64,000 bases of DNA from Podarcis bocagei. Taxonomy: Eukaryota. Below the pieces are notes generated by a model. That model was not told where the DNA came from and did no database searches. It saw only the letters and a program-made list of their open reading frames with translations. Of the stretch, positions 60,946 to 64,000 are shown piece after piece (position 1 is the stretch's first letter; each line of letters opens with the position of its first letter). Position numbers and translations under genes: made by a program. Location of the stretch: assembly GCA_964188305.1 (NCBI GenBank), contig OZ076886.1; one strand, written 5' to 3'.

Positions 60946-63900
60946 GTAACAACCCCTGCCAAACGAAAACCCCTAAACAATACCCCAGCCCCTAGCAAAG
61001 TAAGAAGTGACGTAGCAAATGTATTGCTGTCCATGAAACAAAACTTGTCCAAGTAAAGCTGTAAATGGATTAATAGTATAAGTCTATATATGTCTATTCA
61101 AGTATAGGATTGCACTGAGTTCAATGGAGCTTAGTCCCAGGTAAGTGAGACTGCAGTCTAAATTTCATGACTAGCCATGATATGTTATCTGGGTAATTGC
61201 TTGTGAATTATTGCAGAGAAAGGAGATAATCAGCAATTCTAAAGTAACATAAGTGAGGTTCAAGAAACAAAGTTTTGCCATATTATACATACAGTGCTGT
61301 ATAGTGGGAAATAATTATTTAAATCCATATTTTCAAGTGAATGTTCTTATGCAAATAACCCTATATTATCAAAGTTATAGATTGTGAAGATGTTCATTTT
61401 TTGGAATTAGGCTGGTCTTTGCATCTCACCTGATTCACTTGTTGAATTTGTCAGTATGATTTTATAGGCACTTCGGTTTTCTGACTGTATTCTCTTGAGT
61501 ACAACAGTTTTCACTACATATTGAACATAATTGTAAGACAGGATGAGGCAGAGAAGTAATAAATATACAATAATGTAACCGTCTTCTAAGAGGTATATGA
61601 GGGCAGCAGCAGAATATTCAGCATAATTGTTTGTACTGAGGGAACAAAATAGTTATCTTTAGTTTCTAGCTTGGCCTTGGTTATTCTGAAATGGTGACCG
61701 CACTTTAAAAAATGTCTTCAGTTGTTTTTAAATAAACAGTTTGTACAGCTGCTGTTCACCAGTGGTTCTTGGATGTGCTTTTGGGTTGCCATTACTTCAT
61801 CCTGCTTCTTATCGCCTTACACGCAGAGCTCTTGTTTTATAGCAGTCTCACCCAAGCTATTGGTTTATTTTCCTTGCAAGGTCAAAAAATAATAATGTTG
61901 AACATCTGATTTAGGGGTAGGGTGAGCACTCTCTCTCTCCATCCTCTACACACATATGGATTTGTCGCCAGCACCATTCATTCTCATCCAGTGTGGCACA
62001 GCTCCTGTTTTGGTGCAATAATACCTTCTCAACTATCTGTTCAATCCAATAGATTCCCCACCCCCCCACCCAGAAGCTAAGGGAATATACTCAAGGGCTT
62101 TGCTAGAAGAGCTTTATGGGATTCAGAACTTTGCATAATGATTCACTGGTACGTGTTGGTTAGTGAAATGCATTGCCTTATATAGAATGTTCTCTTCAAA
62201 ATTTTCTGCAGCTCTTCTGGCAGAGTTCTGTGTAACTCAAACACTTGCACACTTCCTTCGCTATATAAATGGGATGGTGCTTTTATAAACAAAGACATTT
62301 GTAGCAAACAATTTCTTAATTAATCTCTTGTGCAGGTTGTTTCCTTCTTGTTCTAAATGGTTCCTACTGGTTCTGTAAAACAATAGCTAGTTATTTACAG
62401 CCAAGATTGAAGGTTACACAACCCTCAATGGCACTGTGTCATAGCATTTACTTCTGTTTTCGGTTGTTGTCTTTGCCTTGGTTTGGATAGCAAGCCTGCT
62501 CCCTCCCTACTTCCTCTCCCCTCCACCCTTCCACTGGCACAAAAAATAAATAAACCACATGACTCTAATTTTAAAAAAAGGTCATTGTGACCTGAGAGAA
62601 GCAGTCTTGCTTCCTATCCAGTGTTTCCTTTGGATTCACAGCCCCTGAAAAAGTGAAGATAGTCTTTCTGCAGCTCCACACAAAGGCACCTGCTTAATGG
62701 ACAATCAGCACACATGTATTATTGGCAGGGCATCCTTTTGATTTTGGAAAGCAGAGCAGGCAACTGGACTGATCATGGGGTGCGATTTTGCTACGACTTA
62801 TTGGGAGTAACCAAGACAACTCCAAAGTTAGAAGCAATTACCTCAGCTCTGTCCACCAGGTTCTGCAGTGTTACTGCTTGCCCCATGTCTCCACCATTTT
62901 CCCCGCTGGGCTCATAGTTCTGGATGAGGCCCTACTGCCTTCACTCTTGTGGTGGCTGTTTATGTTGCTATTTGACTGATTTGTGTTTCCAGGAAACTGT
63001 TTGAATCCAATATTGTCTGGGAATTTCCACTGAACTCTGGAGTCTTAAAAAGGCTTCACATTAATTCTCTGGGCTTTGCTACATAAACATTGCCTTCCCC
63101 ACCTTCCTAAAAGCAAATTGGGTGCTTTGACCTTGCGTGGAAAAAATGTGTACCTCTGGCCAGAAAACAACTTTTTCAAAGAGCAGTATTCACAACTGAA
63201 TGAAAATATTTCCCCACAATGTGAGCTGCAAGCGCAGCTTTGCCCCACACTCATATTTTGAGTTGCCTGCAGTAAGGACATATTAACCTTGAGGCCTAAG
63301 GGCAGCTTGAGTTTAGTGACTGTACAACAGGACAGAGGGCTTCAGACAAGCCCCACAGGGGATGTGTGAGAGGAGCCTGATGGGCTAGTATTCCCCTATC
63401 ATGCCAATTCACCTAACGGCCACACCCTCTGCTGCCACTGTGCATTTTGTGTTCTTGAGAATATGTCCTGATTCCAGTGTCTAGAGAATCTCCACACAAG
63501 GGGATTCCCTTGCCCAATCATGATCTCTCCTCATACCTGGAATTCCCTTCTTCTGTGGATTAGTGCAGAGCCATGACTATCCTATGCACACCCTGCAACT
63601 TATATAATTTATTCCTTGAAAGGTTTTTCTAAATGGTAGGTGGTTGGGATATCCAAAAGTTATTGCTAAATGGTGGCTGGAATAATTCCATAAGCAATCT
63701 GTGGGTGCTGCACAGGGGAATAAAAGGTGGCAATGAAAGAGGAGAATACTAGGAATTAGGTCAATTCCCTACAGTTGGTTGTTCTGGGTAGTCATCCTTT
63801 CATGGTGATTAAGAAATAATCCCAGGAGTGCTAAATTCTGTGGAAGACCACCCAGACTACACAATAACTGAAGATATCAGAGAGTTCATCAGGTCCCCCA

Positions 63901-64000
63901 TCGGCAGTCTTGGAGATCTTGAGTGTTGGTGAAAGGGAGCCTCCTCAGGGCTGTTTCAAGGGGATTCTGCTGTGGGTTCCTTGGTGCTTCAGTCCAAGTG

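Noticed and set aside
54568-64000. Next ARHGAP26 exon (NLMTVANLGVVFGPTL)
   Set aside because: I saw no matching sequence; it presumably lies beyond the window.

Overview
Vertebrate genomic DNA, AT-rich and CpG-depleted. It is almost certainly from a squamate and probably a lacertid lizard, judged from a full-length Sauria SINE, a BovB tail and lizard-type tRNA SINEs and MITEs. The whole window lies inside one + strand gene, ARHGAP26 (GRAF1, a BAR-PH-RhoGAP-SH3 protein). I found nine short internal coding exons: 1706-1809, 4942-5036, 12935-13013, 32483-32519, 38837-38902, 39755-39829, 49488-49572, 52040-52098 and 54462-54567. They total 706 nt, all introns are GT-AG, and all phases are compatible. 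They splice into (R)[234 protein letters not shown]. This covers most of the PH domain and the N-terminal part of the RhoGAP domain, including the arginine finger, and corresponds to roughly human exons 9-17 (numbering from memory). Start and stop codons lie outside the window. The remainder is intron, containing L2/CR1/BovB LINE remnants, Sauria, tRNA- and 5S-derived SINEs, Tc1/pogo and hAT MITEs, a probable solo LTR and microsatellites. Almost all ORFs in the supplied track are spurious. I cannot support a wholly new biological system here. The best leads are a multi-hairpin hAT element with G-U-biased stems, a candidate poison exon, inverted repeats flanking exon blocks (possible circRNA), 5S-derived SINEs and several transcription-factor motif clusters.
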